The position numbers were made by a program, and so were the translations under genes. A stretch of 64,000 nt of DNA from an uncultured Verrucomicrobiae bacterium. GTDB lineage: Bacteria > Verrucomicrobiota > Verrucomicrobiia > Chthoniobacterales > JAATET01. Below are positions 21,341 to 29,944 of this stretch, one piece after another (within the stretch, counting starts at the first letter, position 1; every line of letters starts with the position of its first letter). Below the pieces are notes generated by a model. That model saw only the letters and a list, made by a program, of their open reading frames with translations. It was not told the DNA's origin and made no database searches. The stretch covers positions 480,001-544,000 of the forward strand of contig CAVRCI010000013.1 in the NCBI GenBank assembly GCA_963719495.1, in the 5' to 3' direction.

Positions 21341-21756
21341 AAAGACATGCTCGACGCGCACGCGAATCTTGCTGATGGCGTGGTTGGATTTGCGGGTGGC
21401 CTCGTCCAGCGGGCGATTGCGGTTGGCTTTTCGCATCATGAACTCCTGCGCGTCGCAGCGCTCGAGGACATGGACTTCGCTTTCCGCTGAATAATTGGCG
21501 CTGGCGGCTAGCGCCGCCTGATCAGTTTCATCCACGAGTTGGGCGAAGACTTGGCTGTCATGCACGTTGGCAGGTGTCGTGGCGTGCGTGTCGATGAGCT
21601 TGGTCTTGGCGTCGATTTTCGCGTGGTTCTTGTAGCCAAAATGGGTCTCCGCGTTCTTTTTCGTCCAACACGCGTCGCAATCCTTTTGGCGACCCCGGGC
21701 CGTTCCCGCTTCGAAACCAGCGGGACGTTCGCCTTTTTTGATCTGCGCATTCTCCT
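21341..21756 (-). pseudogene. IS5-family transposase internal fragment
   Basis: RQKDCDACWTKKN..HFGYKNH...IRVRVEHVF, cut at a GGGGTC motif on one side and by another IS end on the other. Confidence 0.85.
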
Positions 21757-22030
21757 CAGCGGTTCTCATTTTGGTATTGTTGAAGTGCCGGAGGGCGGTC
21801 GGTTGACTCGATGGGGAAGTGAATTGGAGCGCGGACTTGTACTTTTTGGGCAGTACCGGCATGGCTTGGACCCATGAAAACCACGCCGCCCGGATTGGCC
21901 CGCATTATCGGGAAGTTCCGTGCCGTGGCGGGGGGACTTCCCGATCCGCGCAAGGGTAAGAGCACGAGTTTTTCGATGGCGGACATCGCGCTGAGCGCGT
22001 TTTCGGTATTCTTCACGCAGAGCGCGTCGC
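21757..22030 (+). pseudogene. IS end (cagcggttctcattttgg) plus ~52-aa transposase N-terminus, ISNCY-like
   Basis: LPDPRKGKSTSFSMADIALSAFSVFFTQSAS, then loss of coding character; interrupts the IS5 gene. Confidence 0.65.
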
Positions 22031-22744
22031 CTTCGTCAACTGGCATCCTCGCGCATGCACGGGGCGTGACAGCGCCCCGGCTCTGCGGGGGTGTTGGCGC
22101 GAGCCGTGCGCGCCCGCTCGATGCGAGGATGATCGGCTCTCCGATCACCGGAACGATCCGGAGCGGCTGGCTTACACTCGGGAGCGGACCACGCGGGGGC
22201 GGGGCCGCTCTGGGTCCCGTCCCGGCGTGGGCTGCAGGGCTGGTGAACCGGGCATTGCCGTATGGCGTCGCTTCTGTGTTGCGGCCTGGCGCGGGACCTG
22301 CCCGACCCCGCGCTCTGGCGGGGTCGGAGGCATTATATCACCCAACTCGCGGCAACGTATTAGCCGAGGGAGCGCTCTGGCGACCGGTGCCGCGGAGGGC
22401 CCCTTTAGGGAGGCACCGCGTCAGGCACGGCTATACGGTGCCGCTGTTGGGCGATGTCATGCCGCGCAGGTCCCGTGCCCCGAAGGGCGAGCGAAGCGAA
22501 GCAGGCCGCAATCGTAACCCAACCGGAGCGCTCTGGCGCAGGGTCGAATTTGCAGGACGGGGGCGGGCGGGATGGTGAGGGATCGAGTTACGAGAGGCGA
22601 GCGGCGGCGCGTCGGATGCCGGGTGGCAGGGGCATTAGCATCCGGCGTGACGGCGCGGTCGGACGCGGGAGCTGGCAAACAATTGAGAGAGCAAATGTGT
22701 CATTATGAATGACCGACCCCTCAGCGATGAATGACCGACCCCTC

Positions 22745-24078
22745 GGTATGAACGGGAACATTGGTTACAGATAAACCGACCACATAGGTAACACTTAGAG
22801 GGTTAGTTTTCATGGCTTGCGGGAGCAAGCTTCGACTCCCAACGCTCGGCGTAGGCCGTAGGCCGGAGCCGAGCGTTGGGAGTCCGATCCAGCCACCCGA
22901 GCTTCACATTGGCATATCGAACGGCCAGCAGCCCTGTCTCCGGCGATTCCTCCACGGCCACATCGACGCCGATCAGTGACTCGCCGACGAAGCAGTTGTT
23001 TCCATTCAAGGAGATGAAGCCTGCTTTGTTCACCCGCTTGGTTTCCACCCCTGCCTCGTAGAGCGCAGGTTTGATGCGTTCGTCCAACCGGCGCAGGGAG
23101 GGTTGATAGGCTTGCGCCGGTGTCCTCATGCCGATGCCCTCGTGCGGACGCTCGTCGTTAAAGACTCTGCGCCACCGGTCAAAACGTTGCTGTTGGGCCC
23201 AACGGTTCGCGCTTCCCGGCTGACAGCATTCGGCCTTCATCGTGCGATGCATCCGTTCGTGGCAGCCGTTGTCCTGCGGACAGCCAGGTCGGCTGAACTG
23301 CACTTCGATACCCAATCCGATCCACCACACGCTCAGTCTGCTCAATCCCGCTGGTCCCATCGACGCGAACGGGGAGCCATTGTCCACGCGAATGATCTCC
23401 GGCAGCCCGTAGCGCTTGAATACACTGCGGAACTCGCGCTGCGTCCACTTTACCGTCATGTCCGGCATCGCCTCCGCTTTCATCAGGTATCGACTGTGCA
23501 GATCGCTCACCGTCAACGGATCGCAACGCTCGCCGTCACCCAGCAGGAACCATCCCTTGTAGTCCACTCCGAGCACGTGGTTACAGCGTTCCGGCGGCGT
23601 CAGCGTCCCTCGTTCCACCGTGAAGAGGCCTCCTCGCCGCTTGCGCGCCTTCACCAGCCCGTGCCGCTTGAGAACCTCTCCCACCGTGCTTACGACCGGT
23701 AAACGATCCACTTCGTGCTTCACTTCGAGCACTCGCTGGATCTTCTTCGGCCCCCACGTCGGATGTAACCGCTTTTCGGCCACAATCAGCCGCTCCACCG
23801 CTTCTTCTGTCCTGCTCGTCACCGTCTTCGGGGCCCGGCTCCAATCCTCTAGTCCGCCCATCCCGTGGGCCTCGTATCGCGCCTTCCACTTGTGACCCGT
23901 CTTGCGCGAGATGCCGAAACTTTCGCACAGCTCCACCATCGTGAACCGGTCGCTCGTCAGCAAACTTACAAATCTCTGTTTCTGTTCCATCGGTGACTCG
24001 TTTTGCCAGGGCATTCACCACCCTGAACTGTCACCCATGTCCTCGGTCAATCTGTCACCTATGTCCTCGGTTCATACC
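22745..24078 (-). mobile_element. Complete IS481-family element
   Basis: Ends ggtatgaac/gttcatacc; tandem subterminal repeats tgtcacc[c/t]atgtcctcggt; flanks cccctc/cccctt (6-bp duplication, 1 mismatch). Confidence 0.85.
22803..24014 (-). CDS. IS481-family DDE transposase
   Basis: MPW..HTH (ELCESFGISRKTGHKW), WGPKKI, VDYKG, IRVDNGSPF, PQDNGCHERMHRTMK, FNDERPHE. Confidence 0.93.
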   Translation of the reverse strand: MPWQNESPMEQKQRFVSLLTSDRFTMVELCESFGISRKTGHKWKARYEAHGMGGLEDWSRAPKTVTSRTEEAVERLIVAEKRLHPTWGPKKIQRVLEVKHEVDRLPVVSTVGEVLKRHGLVKARKRRGGLFTVERGTLTPPERCNHVLGVDYKGWFLLGDGERCDPLTVSDLHSRYLMKAEAMPDMTVKWTQREFRSVFKRYGLPEIIRVDNGSPFASMGPAGLSRLSVWWIGLGIEVQFSRPGCPQDNGCHERMHRTMKAECCQPGSANRWAQQQRFDRWRRVFNDERPHEGIGMRTPAQAYQPSLRRLDERIKPALYEAGVETKRVNKAGFISLNGNNCFVGESLIGVDVAVEESPETGLLAVRYANVKLGWLDRTPNARLRPTAYAERWESKLAPASHEN

Positions 24079-24102
24079 CCCCTTTTTGACCGACCCCTTT
24101 TC

Positions 24103-24807
24103 GTTCTCCACAAACCCCACCGGTTACCCAAGGGCGTTCTCACCAACGAGCAAGTGTTGCGGCTGCTCGCGCAGCCTGAGCTTGCCACCCCCAACGGCTA
24201 CCGCGACCGCACCATCCTCGAACTGCTCTACTCAAGCGGCTTGCGCGGCCTCGAACTCGCCCGGCTCACGATTTACGACGTGGACTTCAAGGACGGCACC
24301 GCCCGCGTCGTCCAGGGCAAAGGCAACAAGGATCGCATCGTCCCGCTCGGCCGCACCGCCGCCGGATACCTCCGCGAATACCTGGCCCACATCCGCCCGA
24401 TCCTGCTCGGCCGGGCCGTCCGCCAGAAAGCCGTCGAGCGTCTGTTCCTCACCGGCCGCGGCGGCGCGTTCAACTCCAACGTGCTGCGGCGCTTGGTCCG
24501 CCGCCATGCCAAGGCCGCGGGCCTGCCGCCTACCACCGCCGCCCACGGCCTCCGGCACGCGTGCGCGACTGAAATGCTCAAAGGCGGAGCGAACGTCCGT
24601 CACGTCAAGGAACTCCTCGGCCACGCGACGTTGACGACCACGCAGGTTTACACCCGCGTCATCCCCGTCGATCTCCAGAAAGTCCACGCCGCCACGTCCC
24701 CCAGCGAACGCCGCCGCAAGCTCGACGTTCCCGAGTTCGAGCTGGTCCGGTTCCGCGACCGGAAAAACAAGACCAGCCTCTCCCAAACCCCGTGGAAACG
24801 GCGCTGA
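24103..24807 (+). pseudogene. XerC/D-like tyrosine recombinase, catalytic domain only (5' truncated)
   Basis: RDRTILELLYSSGLR, GKGNKDRIVP, HGLRHACATEML, LLGH...TTQVYT; N-terminal SAM domain replaced by the GACCCC motif and IS481 end. Confidence 0.85.
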
Positions 24808-24838
24808 ACGGGATCGCCACGGCTCCGCCAGCTGCCGT

Positions 24839-25327
24839 ATGATCCCCGACGTGCGCACGACTCCGGTCCTCTACCTCGATACCTCCGTTCTCGGCGGCTA
24901 CTACGACGACAAATGGGAGGAAGACACGGTTGCGCTCTGGCAGCAGATGGAGGCCGGACAATGGCGGTTCGTCAGCTCCGACATCACCACCAAGGAAATT
25001 GAAGGCGCTCCTGAAAATGTCCGCGATCTTTTTGCCCGGACGTTCCCGCTTGGCACGCTGCTCGAAGTCACCGACGAAATGGAAGACCTCGCCGCCGCCT
25101 ACATCGCCCAGGGCGTCGTCACCCAAAAATACGAGGACGACGCCCTCCACGTCGCCGTCTGCACCGTCGCCCGGATCGACTTCCTCGTGAGTTGGAACTT
25201 CCGGCACATGGTCAGCGCCCACCGCAAAGCCGGGTTCAACGGCGTCAATCTGTTGAAAGGATACCCGCACGTCACTATCGTGAACCCACTGGAACTCATC
25301 TATGAAAACCGCAACAAAAACCTTTGA
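24839..25327 (+). CDS. PIN-domain protein (toxin-like)
   Basis: YLDTSVLGGYYD, DDALHVAVCTV, LVSWNFRHMV. Confidence 0.88.
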   Translation: MIPDVRTTPVLYLDTSVLGGYYDDKWEEDTVALWQQMEAGQWRFVSSDITTKEIEGAPENVRDLFARTFPLGTLLEVTDEMEDLAAAYIAQGVVTQKYEDDALHVAVCTVARIDFLVSWNFRHMVSAHRKAGFNGVNLLKGYPHVTIVNPLELIYENRNKNL

Positions 25328-25493
25328 TGGCGTGGAGATGTCCCGGCGGCTGCGCGAGGACACCAGCCGTCTGCTTCACTCCATGAACCGAGAGCAACGG
25401 CGTGAATGTCTGCGCGAGGCCCGCGAACGCTACGCCGCCGAGCTTGCCGCCCGCCAATCCAGGCAGCCGCTCGAAACCGCCTCTTCTTCCTAG
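25302..25493 (+). CDS. Small putative antitoxin partner of the PIN protein
   Basis: 63 aa, KTFDGVEMSRRLRE; overlaps the 3' end of the PIN gene. Confidence 0.65.
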   Translation: MKTATKTFDGVEMSRRLREDTSRLLHSMNREQRRECLREARERYAAELAARQSRQPLETASSS

Positions 25494-25719
25494 CCGTTGC
25501 TTCGTTCCCGCCGTGGTCGCCTTCCTCAAAAACGCGCCTCCGCTCCGCGTCCGCCGTTCCCGTTCCGGGATCGCGCGCCCGCACGCGCGAAGCTTTGGGG
25601 AGTGGCCGCGAATAAAGTTGGTTCCCGTGGAAATGGAATGGAAAGCTAAATAGAGCCTGTCCGAAAAGAGCGGATCAAGCATTGAAAGGAGTAATCAAAG
25701 GGGTCAGTCCGGAATGGCA

Positions 25720-27225
25720 CTAAGATAAGGGGGATTTGGGAGGATTTTCGACCCCGGATTTTCGGTGAGGGAGCGGTCCCATTTGGCGGCGGGGCTTGGT
25801 CAAGAGGCGATAGTTTTTGGGGCGGCGTTTTCTGACTCTGGGTTCGGATCGGTCTGGGCGCAGCGGAACGAGATCGCTGGCGATGGCAGAGAGCATGGCG
25901 TCGAGGATGGCGGAGATGGTGCGGGGTTTAGCGTTGGCCCCACTGGTGGCGTTGGCGAACTGACGGACGGTATCGAGAGTGCCCTTGAAGGAGACGCGAT
26001 CCAGGTCGAGTTCGTGAATCAGGGCGGCTTTCTGCATGACGCTGCGGACGAGGTTGTAGGCGATGAAGTGCATGAGGAGTTCGCGCTCGATGAGGGCCGG
26101 GGATTTGCAGCGCAAGACGTCCATGTTGAGAGCGATCTTGATCTCGCGAAAATGGAGTTCGACGCTCCAGCGGCGGAAGTAGAGGGAGGCGAGATCATCG
26201 GCGGGAATGGCCGTCTCGGAGAGCAGCAGGGTGGTCACCAAGGTCACGGTCTGGGTGCGGAAGCCGGGTTGGGCGATGGTGTAGCGCACGACGCGCACTG
26301 GAATATCCGCGGGCCAGAGCGCGAACTCCTCGGGCGTCATCCCGCGTGGTCGCTGCGCGGGGCGCTTCCAGACAATGTTCACATCGAAATTTGCCGACTT
26401 GGGAAGCTGAGCACCAATGGCCTTGCGGATCCGTTTTTCGGGCAAGCGCATCAACGAGTCCACGCCCAGGGAGAGCAGACCGGCAATAGCCCCGAAGGAA
26501 CAAAATCCCCGGTCGGTGAGAACGAGATCGCCACGATTGAAAATGCTCCAAAGGTTGCGAAAAAGCCGGGTCTCATGGGTGAGACGATCGCCCCAATCCG
26601 CCTTGAGAAGAGCTCCGGTGAGAAGGCAGAAAACGCCAACCAGATTGATTGCGGGAAAGCCACACCCCGGCTTCTGACTGCTGCTCTGCGGCCAACGATC
26701 TTGATTGGCTTCGGTGTCGGGCATGGAGACACCCGTGCCGTCCACGAGCCGTACCTGGCGACCATGCCAGAGAGCGCCGCTGGGAATATTGGCTTCCATG
26801 CGCACGGCCAGATGGGTGTTGATTCCTTCCAGTGTCGCCACCGGGAGCTTGGCTCGCGCCTGGCAATAAGCGCTGGTATTGCCACTCATGACCTCGGTCT
26901 CTGTAGTGCCAGACGGTTTGGATTTTCTGCTCACCAAAGCCATGACCTTGCACACGGCTTCGCGACAGGAACCGTTCGGGGTTTGCACCTGATCCAGGAA
27001 GCTCCAGAAGACACGTTCGAGCGAGAAAATGCGCTTGCGGCTGTGAGCACAGCTGGGCGTTGAGCTAAGTAACTTCCGTGAAATGTAGGAGCCAAAGACG
27101 TTGACCAACACCGAGAGCGAACCGCTCTGCCTGAGCTTGGCAAGGGCCTGCGTCAGGGGTGAGACTGGCGGTCGTCCAAAAAGCCGCGAACTAAAATTTG
27201 GGAAAAACGGGTTGAAAGAACGCAT
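25720..27225 (-). CDS. IS4-family transposase (501 aa)
   Basis: SAYCQARAKL, LVDGTGVSMPDT, TDRGFCSF, LYFRRWSVELHFREIK; start taken at MRSFNP. Confidence 0.93.
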   Translation of the reverse strand: MRSFNPFFPNFSSRLFGRPPVSPLTQALAKLRQSGSLSVLVNVFGSYISRKLLSSTPSCAHSRKRIFSLERVFWSFLDQVQTPNGSCREAVCKVMALVSRKSKPSGTTETEVMSGNTSAYCQARAKLPVATLEGINTHLAVRMEANIPSGALWHGRQVRLVDGTGVSMPDTEANQDRWPQSSSQKPGCGFPAINLVGVFCLLTGALLKADWGDRLTHETRLFRNLWSIFNRGDLVLTDRGFCSFGAIAGLLSLGVDSLMRLPEKRIRKAIGAQLPKSANFDVNIVWKRPAQRPRGMTPEEFALWPADIPVRVVRYTIAQPGFRTQTVTLVTTLLLSETAIPADDLASLYFRRWSVELHFREIKIALNMDVLRCKSPALIERELLMHFIAYNLVRSVMQKAALIHELDLDRVSFKGTLDTVRQFANATSGANAKPRTISAILDAMLSAIASDLVPLRPDRSEPRVRKRRPKNYRLLTKPRRQMGPLPHRKSGVENPPKSPLS

Positions 27226-27267
27226 CCAATACAAGTATATATACTTAATCGAAGCCGCCAGTGAATT

Positions 27268-27621
27268 ATGCCGAAAACCGCTAAAAAATCCGACCTCACC
27301 GCCCGGGAAATCCGTCGACTCGAAGCACGCTACAGCACCCTGGCCTCGGAGCTGGGAAGCTTCCCCGAATTGAGTCAGGGAAGCGTGATGCCCCAACCTC
27401 CCCGGGCTTGGCGGTGGACCCGCAAAGTTGCCGGAAAAACCGTCACCGTTGGGCTCAGTCCCCTCAAAGCCCAAAGGATGAAACTAGCCATCGCCAACCA
27501 TCGAAAGCTGGAAAAGAACGTTACCGAGATGCGCGAGATAACCCAGAAACTCATCTTGAGAACCCCAGATCCCTCCCCGATTCCCAAACGCGAGCCGCCT
27601 CCTAAATCCTCCTTAAGTTAG
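27268..27621 (+). CDS. IS accessory protein (DUF6788-like)
   Basis: LSQGSV...WRWTRKVAGKTVTVGLS...IANHRKL; stop codon lies in the IS IR. Confidence 0.75.
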   Translation: MPKTAKKSDLTAREIRRLEARYSTLASELGSFPELSQGSVMPQPPRAWRWTRKVAGKTVTVGLSPLKAQRMKLAIANHRKLEKNVTEMREITQKLILRTPDPSPIPKREPPPKSSLS

Positions 27622-27629
27622 TGCCATTC

Positions 27630-27880
27630 GGGTCAGCCGATGAATTCTTCAAAGCGGTAGGGGTCAGCCGATGAATTCTGACGACGCTTAGCTAGCGGAA
27701 GGGGTCACGTGAAGGGGTCGGTCCATAGCATTGGCACATTCGGCGCTCGCAACTTTCCATCGATTTTCGACTTTCACTGTCGGGCTCAGATTCGGAGAGG
27801 GAAGTGGGGGTCAGAAGTGGGGGGTCAGTATGCAAAAACGAATTCCTACTTCCCGCGGAAAGGGGTCGGAAAGGGGTCGT
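27630..27880 (+). repeat. Second cluster of GGGGTC-headed motifs
   Basis: GGGGTC at 27660, 27701, 27714, 27807, 27821, 27862, 27873; gggtcagccgatgaattct occurs twice. Confidence 0.85.
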
Positions 27881-28049
27881 GGGCGGGAGCGAAAATTCAG
27901 CGGGTGACGTCACCGCTCCCGTCAACACCACGGACGATCCGGTGGGCTTGGTCGCACAGCCGACACACATCACGGCGAGCGCGCAGGCGCAAAAGAAACG
28001 GGACCTTCGCCGAGTCTACCCCGTTGCGCAATGGAGTCGCGCGGGCATC

Positions 28050-28342
28050 ATGCGCCGGATGCCGCCCGCGACCGATCCGACCATCGTCCTGACCGAAAAA
28101 TCCCTCACGGGCATGGGCGGTTGGCAGATTTGGAAGCAGGCGCGAGCCATCCACGAAGGCGGTCACGTGACCGAAGCGACCTACGAGCCGCCGTTGCTCA
28201 AAGGACGAGTCTCGGAGGGCGGTAAAGAATTCCTCGCGGCTTCCGCTTCAACAACCGCATCGACGTCGACAACCTGTGCCCCTGCCGCGACTCCCGCGTT
28301 CGCGTTCTGATCTGCGCTCACTCCATCGCCGTCGTAGAACGT
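28050..28342 (+). pseudogene. N-terminal fragment of a SWIM zinc-finger protein (SNF2-helicase type), frameshifted and truncated
   Basis: LTEKSLTGMGGWQIWKQARAI..., then in another frame FNNRIDVDNLCPCRDSRVRVLICAHSIAVV (CxC...CxH); ends at gtcagtccgttcattggttcaga. Confidence 0.75.
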
Positions 28343-28572
28343 GTCAGTCCGTTCATTGGTTCAGAATTCGCATCCGATGCCCGCTTACTCAAAGAAATCC
28401 CCCCCCGAATTACCGCCGGTTCGCGGCATGCGCCCGCGTCGTAACGCCGGATGCAGATTGCACCGACCGCCCGGCATCCGACGCGCCGACGCTCGCTTCC
28501 GGTAGCTCGGAGGTCCGGGCTAATTCGTCGGCGGGGGCGAGCTGATGGTTGGTTCAGAGTGGGTGAACCGAG

Positions 28573-28731
28573 GGATGTGATTGCGAAAAACGTCACCGGG
28601 GCGAGACGAAGAAAGTGGCACCGCGGAGATTGAAGACGGCTGGCGCGGCGCGACCAGCCCTACCCAGTCGGGTAGGGAACGTCGCGCCGCGCGTTCCCTC
28701 GCTCTCTCGGCCTACTTTCGCAATCACACCC
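28573..28731. mobile_element. 159-bp MITE with GG[A/G]TGTGATTGCGAAA ends carrying back-to-back GTAG REPs
   Basis: 16-bp IR (1 mismatch); perfect 9-bp direct repeat tgaaccgag at 28564-28572 and 28732-28740. Confidence 0.88.
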
Positions 28732-28880
28732 TGAACCGAGTCTTGCGAGCGTTCACAATTGACCTGCCGTCGGTCGTGGCGGCGTTCGGTGATCGCCGTT
28801 CGCTTCTCGCCCAGGTGGTGCAACCGTATGCTCACGCCCGACATTGGCTACTGATCCCAAGTCATGGACGCTTCCCAACG

Positions 28881-29843
28881 ATGTCTCCCACCCGCCTTTT
28901 CTCCTTCCTAGCCGTCGCCACCGCGACCCCGCTCTTTGCCGCCGATTCGCCGAATCTTTATTGGCCGGGCACGTTCGAGGGGGCCGTCTTCGGGGGGAAC
29001 TTCAGCTCCGCGAAAAACGTCCAACTCGAGACCGGCACCAATCACACGCCGGGCGGAACCCGGGCTTGGAAGATCCAACCGGGCTACCAACACCTTGAAC
29101 TGCTCACCGACGGGACCGGCGATTTCGAAGTCTCCTTCCACGCCCGCGCCGAGAGTCGACTCGAAGTCGTGCTGAAGGTCATCAGTCCGGGCGCCGACGG
29201 CAAGCTAGCGGAGGACCCTCATTCCATCACGATCGAGCCCTCCGAAGACTGGCGGGAATACCGCGCGGTCGTGCCGGTGAGCGATCCCTACCCAGGTCCC
29301 CGCACCGGCGAGATCCTCGTCACCGCCTTTCAATCCGGCGACGCCGACATCTGGATCGACGATCTGGAAGTGCGCCGAGCGAGCGAGGATCCGGACGCGC
29401 CGTCGCCCGCTCCCGCCCCGGACGCCACGACCTCGATCCCGCTCGGCGGCGAAAGCGAACTCGCCGTGGACCAGGCGCCAATTCCCTCCTCGATTTCCCG
29501 CGACATCCCGGTCGACGGACTGGCCGGAAACCATGTCCGCGTCTGGCTCGACGTCACCTACGACTCCGTTGCCGAGCCCGCGAAGAATTGGGCCGGCGTC
29601 GTCGCCGAGCTTCGCGCCACCGACGCCGCCGGATCGTCCACCGTCCTCGAATCGACTCCGGCGCCCTTCTGGCTTCCCATCGGGCACGCGGCCCCCGCGG
29701 GCGAGCCGCGCACGATCCGGGCTGAATACTCGATCCCCGCCGACGCTCAATCACTCACCTTCCTCGCGCAACTCCAGCCGGGCGCGCAGTCAAACGGTGC
29801 CCGCCTCGAAAATCACCGGATCGAACGTCTCTCCGAAAAGTAG
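28881..29843 (+). CDS. Secreted protein with probable tandem carbohydrate-binding-like beta-sandwich domains
   Basis: Signal peptide MSPTRLFSFLAVATATPLFA; VSFHARA, EDWREY, IWIDDLEV; Pro/Ala linker. Confidence 0.65.
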   Translation: MSPTRLFSFLAVATATPLFAADSPNLYWPGTFEGAVFGGNFSSAKNVQLETGTNHTPGGTRAWKIQPGYQHLELLTDGTGDFEVSFHARAESRLEVVLKVISPGADGKLAEDPHSITIEPSEDWREYRAVVPVSDPYPGPRTGEILVTAFQSGDADIWIDDLEVRRASEDPDAPSPAPAPDATTSIPLGGESELAVDQAPIPSSISRDIPVDGLAGNHVRVWLDVTYDSVAEPAKNWAGVVAELRATDAAGSSTVLESTPAPFWLPIGHAAPAGEPRTIRAEYSIPADAQSLTFLAQLQPGAQSNGARLENHRIERLSEK

Positions 29844-29944
29844 CTCCCTTGGGTGGCGGAAAAAGCGCCGCCTACGACTGGCTCAGTGCCAGCGTCCCGG
29901 CAACGTGTTCGTAAAACGGATCGCCGGGCACGATCGAGCCGAAA

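Larger units (their letters stand above)
21341..22721. repeat. 1381-bp inverted duplication of 29945..31325
   Basis: Mirror ORFs in the track (coordinates sum to 52666); one substitution noticed at 21839/30827. Confidence 0.95.
25712..27629. mobile_element. Complete IS4-family element with two divergent genes
   Basis: 32-bp imperfect IR gaatggcactaagataagggggatttgggagg / gaatggcactaacttaaggaggatttaggagg; flanks gggtcagtccg / gggtcagccga. Confidence 0.88.

Noticed and set aside
21874..22578. 234-aa ORF (and its mirror 30088..30792) as an intact gene
   Set aside because: Only the first ~52 aa resemble a transposase; the rest is read-through into noncoding DNA.
24103..25700. Possible integron (integrase plus cassettes)
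   Set aside because: The recombinase lacks the IntI-specific insertion, and I found no convincing attC (RYYYAAC...GTTRRRY) sites.
25653..25700. gagcctgtccgaaaa as an IS5-type end stub cut by the GGGGTC motif
   Set aside because: Too short to support, with no partner end or ORF.
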